DNA from: Pseudomonadota bacterium | Lineage (GTDB): Bacteria > Pseudomonadota > Alphaproteobacteria > Sphingomonadales > Sphingomonadaceae | Reading direction: 5' to 3' | Assembly (NCBI GenBank): GCA_046733135.1 | Contig: JBKPON010000013.1 | Coordinates: 1 to 61,894, forward strand | Length of the DNA stretch: 61,894 bases | In this document: in pieces, positions 8,648 to 16,531 of the stretch | Position numbering within the stretch: the stretch's first letter is position 1 | How the letters are laid out: every line of letters starts with the position of its first letter | The notes under the pieces: model-generated | What the model saw: the letters and a program-made list of their open reading frames with translations, nothing else | Told to the model about the DNA's origin: nothing | Database searches by the model: none | Program-made: the position numbers and the translations under genes

Positions 8648-9457
8648 ATGAGCGCAAAGGCGCCTCACAACGGCAGGTATCTAATCGCCGGCGCTGCGAT
8701 CATAGCCGTTGCCATTGGCGCTTACGAGTTCACGCTCAGCTACCCGCCGCTCGGGCCGGTCGCGGGAACTATCTTTCCCCAGCATTATGTCGACTCACTG
8801 ACCGACGGCGAGATCCCGCAGCGTGGCCGCTTTGTCCTCGTCGATGCCGCCTCCGCGCGGTTATTCATGATCGAAGACGGGCGCGTGCGGGACTCGATGC
8901 GGGTGATCGTGGGCAAGCCTGAAACCCCGACACCGGCGCTGAAGAGCGTCATCAACTATGAGACGCTGAACCCTTACTGGCACGTGACTCCTGATCTTGC
9001 GAAGACGCTCATCGCTCCGCGCGTGCTCAAGGACGGCAACTCCTATCTGAGCGAGCGTGGCTATCAGATTCTCTCGAAATTTGGGCCCGATGCGCGGGTG
9101 CTGTCACCCGACAGTATCGATTGGAAAGCGGTCGCGGCCGGCGAGGCGCAGGTCCTTGTCCGCCAACTTCCTGGCCCAGCCAATTCCTTGGGTCAGTTCA
9201 AGTTCGACTTGCCGGACAGCGACGGTGTCTATCTCCACGACACCCCCAAGAAAGAACTTTTCGCCCAGGACGAGCGCAGTCTCAGCCACGGCTGCGTCCG
9301 GCTCGAGGACGCGCCCAGGCTTGCGCGGTGGCTGCTCGGCAATGATCCACCGGCGGTTTCGGTCCCCGAGCAGCACATCGCACTTCCGCGGCCAGTACCG
9401 ATCACGATCGCCTATCTCGGCTCCCGTGCGCAAATGCAGGTCGCGGGGCTGCAGTAA
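8648..9457 (+). CDS. L,D-transpeptidase (YkuD family, LdtD-like catalytic domain)
   Basis: MRVIVGKPETPTP, LNPYWHV, RQLPGPANSLG, YLHDTP...SHGCVRL; N-terminal TM segment. Confidence 0.9.
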   Translation: MSAKAPHNGRYLIAGAAIIAVAIGAYEFTLSYPPLGPVAGTIFPQHYVDSLTDGEIPQRGRFVLVDAASARLFMIEDGRVRDSMRVIVGKPETPTPALKSVINYETLNPYWHVTPDLAKTLIAPRVLKDGNSYLSERGYQILSKFGPDARVLSPDSIDWKAVAAGEAQVLVRQLPGPANSLGQFKFDLPDSDGVYLHDTPKKELFAQDERSLSHGCVRLEDAPRLARWLLGNDPPAVSVPEQHIALPRPVPITIAYLGSRAQMQVAGLQ

Positions 9458-9522
9458 CTGCTGAAATCGCCGACAATGACGCGCCCGCCCGGCCAGAAGT
9501 TCGCGATATGATCGCTCGGCAT

Positions 9523-9702
9523 CTACCGCTTTATGGGGCGAGATCCCCAGCGCTCCTCATATGCCGCGATGGCATCTGCTAGCTCGTCGTAACGCCTCGC
9601 CATCTCGAAATGGGCCGCCCGAGCCTGGGGATGAGCCGCCTCCAAGGCGGCCTTTGTTTCTTCATATGCCCGAAGGCCGAAATAGGTCAGGTCGTCCAAC
9701 AT
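9523..9702 (-). CDS. Small helical-hairpin protein (YxxRAxEE...HxxxAxxY family)
   Basis: 59 aa from ATG 9702; motif shared with three other ORFs in the window. Confidence 0.7.
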   Translation of the reverse strand: MLDDLTYFGLRAYEETKAALEAAHPQARAAHFEMARRYDELADAIAAYEERWGSRPIKR

Positions 9703-9851
9703 TTTACCGCCCTGATCCCCGTCTGAGCGAAACGCAACTGAAGTCCGAAGTTCGGATAGCACGGGCGAGCGGTCGGTTTTATATCCCACGAATGATTTGG
9801 CTCAAAGTGGGACTTCGCACGGCGCGGATGTTGGCGACCGACACATTTGCC

Positions 9852-9881
9852 CAAGTCCGTCCTCCATTCAAAGCTGCCGGA
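9852..9881 (+). repeat. 12-6-12 palindrome, degenerate copy 2
   Basis: CAA GTCCGT CCT CCATTC AAA GCTGCC GGA. Confidence 0.45.
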
Positions 9882-10028
9882 AAGCTTGCGAGTCGGCGGG
9901 TCGTGACGTTGGGGCGGCCACGGTCGAGATTGTGCGGCTCGTCGCCGTGCTTCTTTCGGGAACTTGCGATAGACAACAAAGTCGGGGACAGGTACGCCGG
10001 GAATGAGCTTCACGGGCGGTGGTCTGAT

Positions 10029-10151
10029 ATGACAAAGATCGACTTCAACAGATCATTCAAGTGGCCGCTAAGAATCAGAGTAGAGATTCTGCTCGCACTT
10101 CTCATCGCTTCCTGGCTGTTTGTCATGGTTGTTGTCCGGCTTCTGTTCTGA
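10029..10151 (+). CDS. Possible 40-aa single-pass membrane peptide
   Basis: MTKIDFNRSFKWPLRIRVEILLALLIASWLFVMVVVRLLF; one clean hydrophobic helix; weak RBS. Confidence 0.4.
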   Translation: MTKIDFNRSFKWPLRIRVEILLALLIASWLFVMVVVRLLF

Positions 10152-10179
10152 CGGAGGCTTGGCGTTCAATTCCGACCCA

Positions 10180-10209
10180 TTCGTCAGCTTTCGACCCAAA
10201 CCGGACATT
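10180..10209 (+). repeat. 12-6-12 palindrome, copy 3
   Basis: TTC GTCAGC TTT CGACCC AAA CCGGAC ATT; ends 20 nt from the protease stop. Confidence 0.75.
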
Positions 10210-10228
10210 TGGTCAGCACCACGCGGAT

Positions 10229-11317
10229 TTAGGACGTGCGTTCGGCCGGTGAGATGCGGTTCTCGCTGGTGATCAGCTCAAGGCGCACCACGCGCCCGTC
10301 CTTGCGAAAGAACTGGATGCGGTCGCCAGTTTCCGACATCTCGAACAGATCGCCCCCTAGGTAGGTCAGCACATGGGGCGGTCGGCCGTCCCGCTGGTGG
10401 ACGAGCTTGCCTTGCTCGAGGCGAATGGTGCGCGGCCCGAAGCGGCCGGTGAAATCCGCCCACGTCGGTTTTTCGCTTGCCGGATCGAGCACCCAGCTGC
10501 GTTTGTTGGCTGGATCGAGCACGATGGTGAGGTGGCGGATCAGCGGGAAGCCGACATTGATGACCGTATCGACGAATGCGACCGCAGGTTCCTTCACGCT
10601 GTACGGCCCTATCTCGACCGAACCCACGAGTTCGCCCCCAAGCACGTCTTGCTCGGCGAGAGCGGAGACCGCTTTTCCGACCACGCTGGCCGGGGCCTTC
10701 AGAGGGTGCGATTTCAGTGAATCCGCGGGAAGCGAGAGGGCGGCGTCATGGCCGGTGTCGAGCACGGCATCGTAGGATTTCCCGGCGATGCGGATCTCGG
10801 CTGCAGGGATATCTTCCTCATAGGCATGGCCGGGCCCGGGTGGGACGTAACCGCTGTCCTTGGCAATGATCCTCAGGCGGTTGAGCCCGGCTTCGACGAC
10901 GACGTACCGGTTGCCGAAACTGTACGGGCCGAAGATCCCGACTTCGTCCCCGGAGCGAGCGTGGGGAAGCCGAACCACTTTGATGTCGAGCGGCACGCCG
11001 CTGAGCCGCGCGTCCGGCGCCGCCGCCGTCGGCACTCGGACCGATTTCTTGCTCGCGTCGTCGACGAGGTTGAAATGCCCGACGACCTTGAGCCCGATGC
11101 GCCTGGCCAGCCCGGCATCGAGGATGTTCTCGGTCGTCCCGGTGTCGAAGACCACCGGCATCGGCGCGCTGTCGCCGATCGTCAGCATAGCGATCGGCCG
11201 GCTCGTCGAGACGTAGAGCGGCACGATCTCGCTCGGCGACGGGGCGGCGCCGGCCGGCATTGCGCCCGACGTCGCGGCGAGGACTGAAACGTAGAACCAC
11301 ACTCGAAGAGCTCTCAT
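10229..11317 (-). CDS. Secreted two-domain clan AA (retropepsin-like) aspartic protease with a C-terminal beta domain
   Basis: Signal peptide; VVFDTGT and AVLDTGH catalytic motifs; GGGAG RBS before ATG 11317. Confidence 0.85.
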   Translation of the reverse strand: MRALRVWFYVSVLAATSGAMPAGAAPSPSEIVPLYVSTSRPIAMLTIGDSAPMPVVFDTGTTENILDAGLARRIGLKVVGHFNLVDDASKKSVRVPTAAAPDARLSGVPLDIKVVRLPHARSGDEVGIFGPYSFGNRYVVVEAGLNRLRIIAKDSGYVPPGPGHAYEEDIPAAEIRIAGKSYDAVLDTGHDAALSLPADSLKSHPLKAPASVVGKAVSALAEQDVLGGELVGSVEIGPYSVKEPAVAFVDTVINVGFPLIRHLTIVLDPANKRSWVLDPASEKPTWADFTGRFGPRTIRLEQGKLVHQRDGRPPHVLTYLGGDLFEMSETGDRIQFFRKDGRVVRLELITSENRISPAERTS

Positions 11318-11397
11318 GGCGCGCTCCCAACTATGACACGAGGCCGCACGATGTGGGTGCCAATCGGTGCTTTGGCCAGCCATAATCGAAGTGTGCG

Positions 11398-11427
11398 AAT
11401 GTCTGCCTTCCGCCCGTTGCGGACCTT
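11398..11427 (+). repeat. 12-6-12 palindrome, copy 4
   Basis: AAT GTCTGC CTT CCGCCC GTT GCGGAC CTT. Confidence 0.75.
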
Positions 11428-11661
11428 CGCGTGCAATCCCCTCTGACGCGCTATGCTCCCGGCCGCGTTAGGCTCTTGGGGCTGCGCCATGCTAAGGGAC
11501 GCTATCGCGCACGCATCCCCTTCGTAGGCAATGGCGCGGCTGAGAGACATCCTCGTGCTCCCGCTTACTGGAACGGAGCACATCTTGAACCCTAAGGAAA
11601 AGACAAGCGCTATCCCGTCGAGCCGGTGTCGTCGACGGGGCCGGGCAGGAGGAGAATGACC

Positions 11662-11775
11662 ATGGCTAAAGGCCAGATGCGATCCAATAAGGAAGCCCGC
11701 AAGCCCAAGGCGGCCAAACCGAAGAAGGTCCACGGCGGCAAAGCAAGCCCGAAATTGGTGAAGGACAGCCGATGA
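11662..11775 (+). CDS. 37-aa Lys-rich small protein
   Basis: Below the ORF-track cutoff. AGGAGGAG RBS; MAKGQMRSNKEARKPKAAKPKKVHGGKASPKLVKDSR; ATGA overlap with next gene. Confidence 0.75.
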   Translation: MAKGQMRSNKEARKPKAAKPKKVHGGKASPKLVKDSR

Positions 11776-11996
11776 CCCGCGTCATTTTGCTATCGATGAA
11801 AGAAGTCGACGTGATCGCCAAATGCAAAGAGGGTAAAGTGGGGGTCTCGGCGATCGAGCGACTGGCGAGCGGTGGCGTGCGCCTGGTTTGCATGAGCAGC
11901 GACGGCGCGATGACGATGCGCAAAAAACTGAAAGCGCACATCATCGACGGCGAAGTCGTCCGGGAGCGTTTCCGCCCCATTAAACCGCAGTGGTGA
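11772..11996 (+). CDS. Hypothetical protein (74 aa)
   Basis: Translationally coupled to the upstream peptide; globular-looking VSAIERLASGGVRLVC. Confidence 0.7.
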   Translation: MTRVILLSMKEVDVIAKCKEGKVGVSAIERLASGGVRLVCMSSDGAMTMRKKLKAHIIDGEVVRERFRPIKPQW

Positions 11997-12063
11997 GGGG
12001 CCGCCGATTGGACTTAGGCAAAATCGCCGCTTCGAGAGTTATCCACAAGTAATTGAAGGCACG

Positions 12064-12179
12064 CCCGAGTCGGCGAGTAGACGGAGTGGCTCGGGGGTGT
12101 AGTGTGTTGGGGTGCATTGAGCCTTCGGGTTCAAAGCATGGGGAACCCCGCCGGGTCAAACCGGTGGGGTTTACCATTT
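12064..12179 (+). ncRNA. Candidate structured small RNA
   Basis: Hairpin 12064-12095, cUUCGg hairpin 12113-12138, terminator-like stem 12144-12171 followed by TACCATTT; no convincing ORF. Confidence 0.4.
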
Positions 12180-12246
12180 GTGGAGACGGATCCCCCCTCG
12201 CGACCAGCAAATCGCCTGTTTCGTCGGTAGGTGCACGGGAAGGCCA

Positions 12247-12447
12247 ATGCGCGCAGACCGGTCCGCAAGACAGGTTTCAAGGGACGGAGTTGCAGGTCTG
12301 CCATCGGCCGCTATTTGCGAGGCCCGTGCAGCGCAGGCGCTCGAGGCCGCAGAGAAGACAAATCTGACGAACCGCCGAGAGCTTTACACGCGCTCCGCGC
12401 TCCGTTGGTCCGAACTCGCTCAACGGACAACAACAACGCGCTCCTGA
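12247..12447 (+). CDS. Small helical-hairpin protein (divergent family member)
   Basis: GGGAAGG RBS; ICEARAAQALEAAEKTNLTNRRELYTRSALRW aligns without gaps to the family. Confidence 0.55.
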   Translation: MRADRSARQVSRDGVAGLPSAAICEARAAQALEAAEKTNLTNRRELYTRSALRWSELAQRTTTTRS

Positions 12448-12487
12448 TGCTGCCCATACCATCGTGGGTCCCCGCGCTCCGACGCGT

Positions 12488-13417
12488 TCAGCAGTCCGAG
12501 TTTATTGCCACGTCCAGCCACGGCTTCGAAGCTTCGAGTTCTTGCTTTGCTTCCGCAACCAACCACTCGGCGAAACGTGCGATCTTCTCAGTGCCGCGTC
12601 GCAGCGGAGGATAGGCAAGCCAGAACGACCGACCCGTCGCCACCACCAACGGGTGCGCAGGTACGAGCCTGCCGGCTTCCAGCTCCCGCCGGCAGAGCAA
12701 GGGAGAGCCCAAGGTAATCCCGTGTCCCGCGATGGCGGCCGCCGCATCCAGATATTCGTCGGCGAATCGAAACTGAGTCTCGCATTTCTGGTCGAAGCCA
12801 AGAGCTTTGAACCACACCTCCCACCAGTCTTGCCGGCCAAGCAGCGGAATTGGCAATTGCGAATGCGGCCATCGGCTGTCGCGCACGGCCGCAAGGAGCG
12901 AGGGCGCACAAAGCGGCATGAAGATGCTTGGAAAGAGAAATGTCGATTGCAGGCCCGGCCAATGCCCATGGCCGTTGCGGATCGCGATGTCGAAGCCATC
13001 TCCGATCAGGTCCCGCGCTCCCGCGGAAAGATCGAGTTCCAGCTTCACCTGCGGAAGTTTTGACTTGAGCTGTCCGAGCCTCGGCACCAGCCAGCTTGTT
13101 CCGAACGTCGGCAAGGCGGTGATCTTTAAACTCGACCGGTCGACGTCCACCGCTCGAGTGAAGCTCGAACGAAGGGCACAAAGTGCCTCGATCGTGCTTT
13201 CGGCCGCCGCCAACCCCGCTTCGGTGAGCTCAACGCGTTGAGCCAGGCGGCGGAAGAGCTGAGCACCGACCTGAGTTTCGAGTTGACGGATGTGGTAACT
13301 GACGGATGCGGCCGTCGTGCCCAACTCAAGCGCGGCTTTCGCGAAACTGCCGTGCCGAGCGGCAGCTTCGAAAGCTCCGATCGACACGAGCGAAGGCATG
13401 CGGGACTTCGAGAGCAT
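12488..13417 (-). CDS. LysR family regulator (GcvA/AmpR-like)
   Basis: PSL..I.AFEAAARHGSFAKAALEL, WLVPRL, DIAIRNG.G.WPGL. Confidence 0.93.
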   Translation of the reverse strand: MLSKSRMPSLVSIGAFEAAARHGSFAKAALELGTTAASVSYHIRQLETQVGAQLFRRLAQRVELTEAGLAAAESTIEALCALRSSFTRAVDVDRSSLKITALPTFGTSWLVPRLGQLKSKLPQVKLELDLSAGARDLIGDGFDIAIRNGHGHWPGLQSTFLFPSIFMPLCAPSLLAAVRDSRWPHSQLPIPLLGRQDWWEVWFKALGFDQKCETQFRFADEYLDAAAAIAGHGITLGSPLLCRRELEAGRLVPAHPLVVATGRSFWLAYPPLRRGTEKIARFAEWLVAEAKQELEASKPWLDVAINSDC

Positions 13418-13429
13418 AAGTCAGACTTA
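13417..13429. promoter_or_regulatory. LysR T-N11-A operator between divergent genes
   Basis: TAAG-TCAGA-CTTA dyad at the LysR start. Confidence 0.55.
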
Positions 13430-13501
13430 GCCTATAAGCCAAAGTCCTGTCTTGTGCAGCAGCTTGAGCGACGTGAAACCGGCCGCTCATCGGAGGTCCG
13501 C

Positions 13502-14083
13502 ATGAACGTCATTGTCCGTTGTGCGCTGTGCGCCGCAGCTTTTGTCTCGCCGGCGTCAGCCGATAATTTGCCGCCTACGCCTACCCCTGCACCCGCGTAT
13601 CGCGATGGGGCTCACGATTTCGACTTCCTGATCGGAAACTGGCGAGCGCATGTCCGCCGCCTTCCTGACCGGCTCGTCGGATCACATCGGTGGATCGAGT
13701 ACGACGGTATTTCGAACCATCATAAGATTTTGGACAGCAACGCCAACTTCGAACAATTCGAAGTCACGTCGAAGGATGGCAAGGACCATATGAAGGCGCA
13801 GACGCTGCGCCTTTACAATCCCGACACGCACCAATGGTCCATTTACCTGCTGGACGTGGATAAGGGGGCTTTACCAATGCCGCCGGTGGTCGGTGAGTTC
13901 AGCGGCGGCCGGGGTGAGTTCTACGATCAGGAAACGTACAAAGGCCGAGCCATTTTCGTTCGGTACCTTTGGCTGAACCTGTCGCCCACATCGGCCCGAA
14001 TGGAGCAATCATTTTCCGCGGACGGCGGAAAGAGCTGGGAAACGAACTGGATCTGCGAGCTCACTCGCTCTCCGCCAGGTTGA
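13502..14083 (+). CDS. Secreted hypothetical protein (DUF1579-like beta barrel)
   Basis: GGAGG RBS, signal peptide; HDFDFLIGNW, LRLYNP..QWSI, EQSFSADGGKSWETNW. Confidence 0.75.
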   Translation: MNVIVRCALCAAAFVSPASADNLPPTPTPAPAYRDGAHDFDFLIGNWRAHVRRLPDRLVGSHRWIEYDGISNHHKILDSNANFEQFEVTSKDGKDHMKAQTLRLYNPDTHQWSIYLLDVDKGALPMPPVVGEFSGGRGEFYDQETYKGRAIFVRYLWLNLSPTSARMEQSFSADGGKSWETNWICELTRSPPG

Positions 14084-14097
14084 GCTAGCTCAAACCG

Positions 14098-14126
14098 TTT
14101 GTCCGCCTTCCCGCAAAACGGCCTCT
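14098..14126 (+). repeat. 12-6-12 palindrome, degenerate copy 5 (1-nt deletion)
   Basis: TTT GTCCGC CTT CCCGC AAA ACGGCC; 15 nt after the stop at 14083. Confidence 0.5.
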
Positions 14127-14200
14127 CCTCGTGTGTCTCACAATCGTACGGCAACAAGTAAACGGCTTCCCAGATGCATCCCGCTGATCAAGATGTGCGG

Positions 14201-14398
14201 ATGGACATCGAACATCTCGATTACGCCCAGCTCAGTGAGGATGCGATGGCTGCTGCCGATAGCGCGATGTCGGTAGAAGAGTGTCAGATGCATCTCGCTC
14301 GGGCGGTGCGCTATGCTTCGCTCGCCTGTATGCAGCAACAACGGTCGCCCGACTTCAACGTCGTCGAAATACGACCGGAGATGGGCCGGCAGTTCTGA
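14201..14398 (+). CDS. Small helical-hairpin protein
   Basis: DYAQLSEDAMAAADSA....MHLARAVRY aligns to the family motif; start 14174 or 14201. Confidence 0.6.
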   Translation: MDIEHLDYAQLSEDAMAAADSAMSVEECQMHLARAVRYASLACMQQQRSPDFNVVEIRPEMGRQF

Positions 14399-14443
14399 TC
14401 GCCAGCTCGGTTTCTCGCCATCAGCTTTTGATATAGATGCGAG

Positions 14444-14473
14444 AGCCGCCGCTCGGTTTCCCGAACGGCGGCT
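14444..14473. terminator. Hairpin between convergent genes
   Basis: AGCCGCCG...CGGCGGCT stem with an inner TCGG/CCGA pair. Confidence 0.6.
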
Positions 14474-14496
14474 TCCTCTCCACTCAATATTGAGAG

Positions 14497-15456
14497 TCAG
14501 GCGACTTCGCGCTCAAGCTCGGCCTCCTCAACCATCGTCTCCGGCAAGCCCGAGTCCGCGTCAACTGACTCGGCTGTGCCGGCGGCCACCTCGCGTTCGC
14601 GCTTGTCGAAAAAGGCGGCGCGCTTCAACCGCGCCCTCAACGATACCGAGGGATTGGCGGGGGACGGACCGCGATATGCGCGCTCGATCCAGGTTTCGCC
14701 GGGGCGACGGTCCGAACCGTCATCGTCTGACGACTGAACGATCGGCTGCGCGTTCCCCCAAGCAAAGGCGGACGGAGCGACAATCGCCGGCTGCTCGGCA
14801 GGTACGACCGGATCGTGGCGCGGGATCGAAGGCTCGGCCGCGACCATGGCTTCGGGCTCATAATTCGGCTCGTAGACTTCCTCGGTCATCTGCTCGTCGC
14901 GCCGGCGGCGCAGCAGGGCATACGCGCCCCCTCCAAGCGCGAGAAGCGCGAGCGCTCCGGCGCCGAGCTCAATCGCGGTTTCGTTCGAATTACCATTCTC
15001 CGGCTTCACCGCGAGTTGCGCGGCGGGGTTGTTCGGAGATTTGTCGGTAACATCCACGATCGGCTTGACCGCGGACTGCCTCGCTGCGGGGACTGCCGTA
15101 GCAGCAACCGGGGCGGTGGAGGTGGGTTTCGGGCTGGCCGATCGGTTTTGGACTTGTCGAGCGACTGCGTGGGTCGCGACTGTGTGGGTTTTGCGCGCCG
15201 GGGTGGTTTGCTTGGCGGGCGTACTAGCTGTCTCGGGTGCCGGATCCGCCATATCGGTCGCGGGGGTCGCCGTGTCGGTGGTTACCGGCGCGGCTTCCGG
15301 CGCTGGCGCGGCTTCTGGCGTTGACGAAATCGTCGGCGGCGGCGCGGTGGTTGGCGGAGCCTCCTGGGCTCGAAGAGGGGTTGAACAAAGCGCCAAGACC
15401 GCGGCAATCGCGGTAGCGCCGGCTCGTGCATATAGCGTGCTGGTGATCATCATCAT
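14497..15456 (-). CDS. Exported Pro/Thr/Ala-rich single-pass membrane protein
   Basis: Signal peptide, low-complexity P/T/A region, TM helix followed by RRRR, charged C-terminal domain. Confidence 0.75.
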   Translation of the reverse strand: MMMITSTLYARAGATAIAAVLALCSTPLRAQEAPPTTAPPPTISSTPEAAPAPEAAPVTTDTATPATDMADPAPETASTPAKQTTPARKTHTVATHAVARQVQNRSASPKPTSTAPVAATAVPAARQSAVKPIVDVTDKSPNNPAAQLAVKPENGNSNETAIELGAGALALLALGGGAYALLRRRRDEQMTEEVYEPNYEPEAMVAAEPSIPRHDPVVPAEQPAIVAPSAFAWGNAQPIVQSSDDDGSDRRPGETWIERAYRGPSPANPSVSLRARLKRAAFFDKREREVAAGTAESVDADSGLPETMVEEAELEREVA

Positions 15457-15678
15457 GCCGAAACAACCGTCGGGAAACTCTGTCGGTCGCACGATTATCG
15501 CCGAAAAGACCGTGAGGTTCGACGAAGCGATTTCGTGTATAAACCGTTGCTATTATTAGGAAAAACATGTTGTCCTAAGGAGCAGCGCGGGGGCTTGACG
15601 TTTACATCGGTGGCGTTCGGTGTCGGGTCGATTCGCCTGTCGACAACTTCGGAGGGTTAGGAAGAGCGTCTTGCGCGG

Positions 15679-16320
15679 TTACTCCTGATTCCCGTCACTT
15701 TCGGCATTAGCCGGTTCGTCTGTGTCAATATTCGAACTTGGATTGTCTTCTGCATCCCCCTGCTCTTCCATGACGTCGGCCTGTTCTTGGATGACGTCGG
15801 CCTCGGCAGTCCGTCCTGGCTCCTGCCCATCGTCGGCTCGCGCAACAACAGTGGGAATCGGGCGCTCGACCACGAGCCGAGAGGAGGTCGTCGGCGGGGT
15901 GGCATTGATGTTCGTCGTCTGCGGGTCTGCGGGGGACCCGATGAAATTCCAATCGACATTCGCGGCGAGATTTTCATCGTTGTCAGTCGTGTGCTGCGCG
16001 GAAGGGGGAAGCCAAATCAGCGTGTAAATGCTGCTTCCTGACAAAAGGACCAGGAGCGCACCCAGCCCCCAGTCCCGCTCCGGCCATTTAGGACGGCGTC
16101 GCGGGAACAGCAGCCAGGCGGTAAGCGCGCATAAGATCAGCGTCCCGATCGCGCCGTTACGCTTGAACGTGACGATTGTCGTGCGGACATGCTCAGTCCC
16201 CTTAGCTACCGTTTCACCATGCGGGCTCATCATCAGGCCGATGCCCCACGTCACTATGGTGGCGAGCAGCAGAAGCGCGCCCATGAACAACCGGGCGCGG
16301 CCGATCCCGCGGTTCCTCAC
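15679..16320 (-). CDS. Hypothetical membrane protein (3 TM plus acidic tail)
   Basis: GAGGAAAG before GTG; three hydrophobic segments; D/E/N-rich C-terminus. Confidence 0.65.
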   Translation of the reverse strand: MRNRGIGRARLFMGALLLLATIVTWGIGLMMSPHGETVAKGTEHVRTTIVTFKRNGAIGTLILCALTAWLLFPRRRPKWPERDWGLGALLVLLSGSSIYTLIWLPPSAQHTTDNDENLAANVDWNFIGSPADPQTTNINATPPTTSSRLVVERPIPTVVARADDGQEPGRTAEADVIQEQADVMEEQGDAEDNPSSNIDTDEPANAESDGNQE

Positions 16321-16531
16321 ATCTTTCCTCGCTGGCGGCGCATGTCTGAAAGATCCTTCAGATGGATTCGTCCTGGCGGAAGGAAGACTTGTCAGCCGGG
16401 TCTGGTTCCTTCAGCCCCTTCGCCAGGTCGCGCCTTCCATTGCAGACTCGGGGCATCAAGTCGCCGGGCTACCTCGTCAGGAGTCATGACTCCCCGATAG
16501 AGTCCTGATATCCAAGGGAGAAGGGGCTGAC

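Noticed and set aside
9561-10252. ORFs 9561-10151 (full length), 9797-10006, 10061-10252 and also 11314-11733
   Set aside because: They read through intergenic DNA and the repeats (SAFDPNRTF, VRNGRKADI); likely spurious
12039-12047. Perfect DnaA box TTATCCACA
   Set aside because: Single copy with no cluster or origin-linked genes; may be chance
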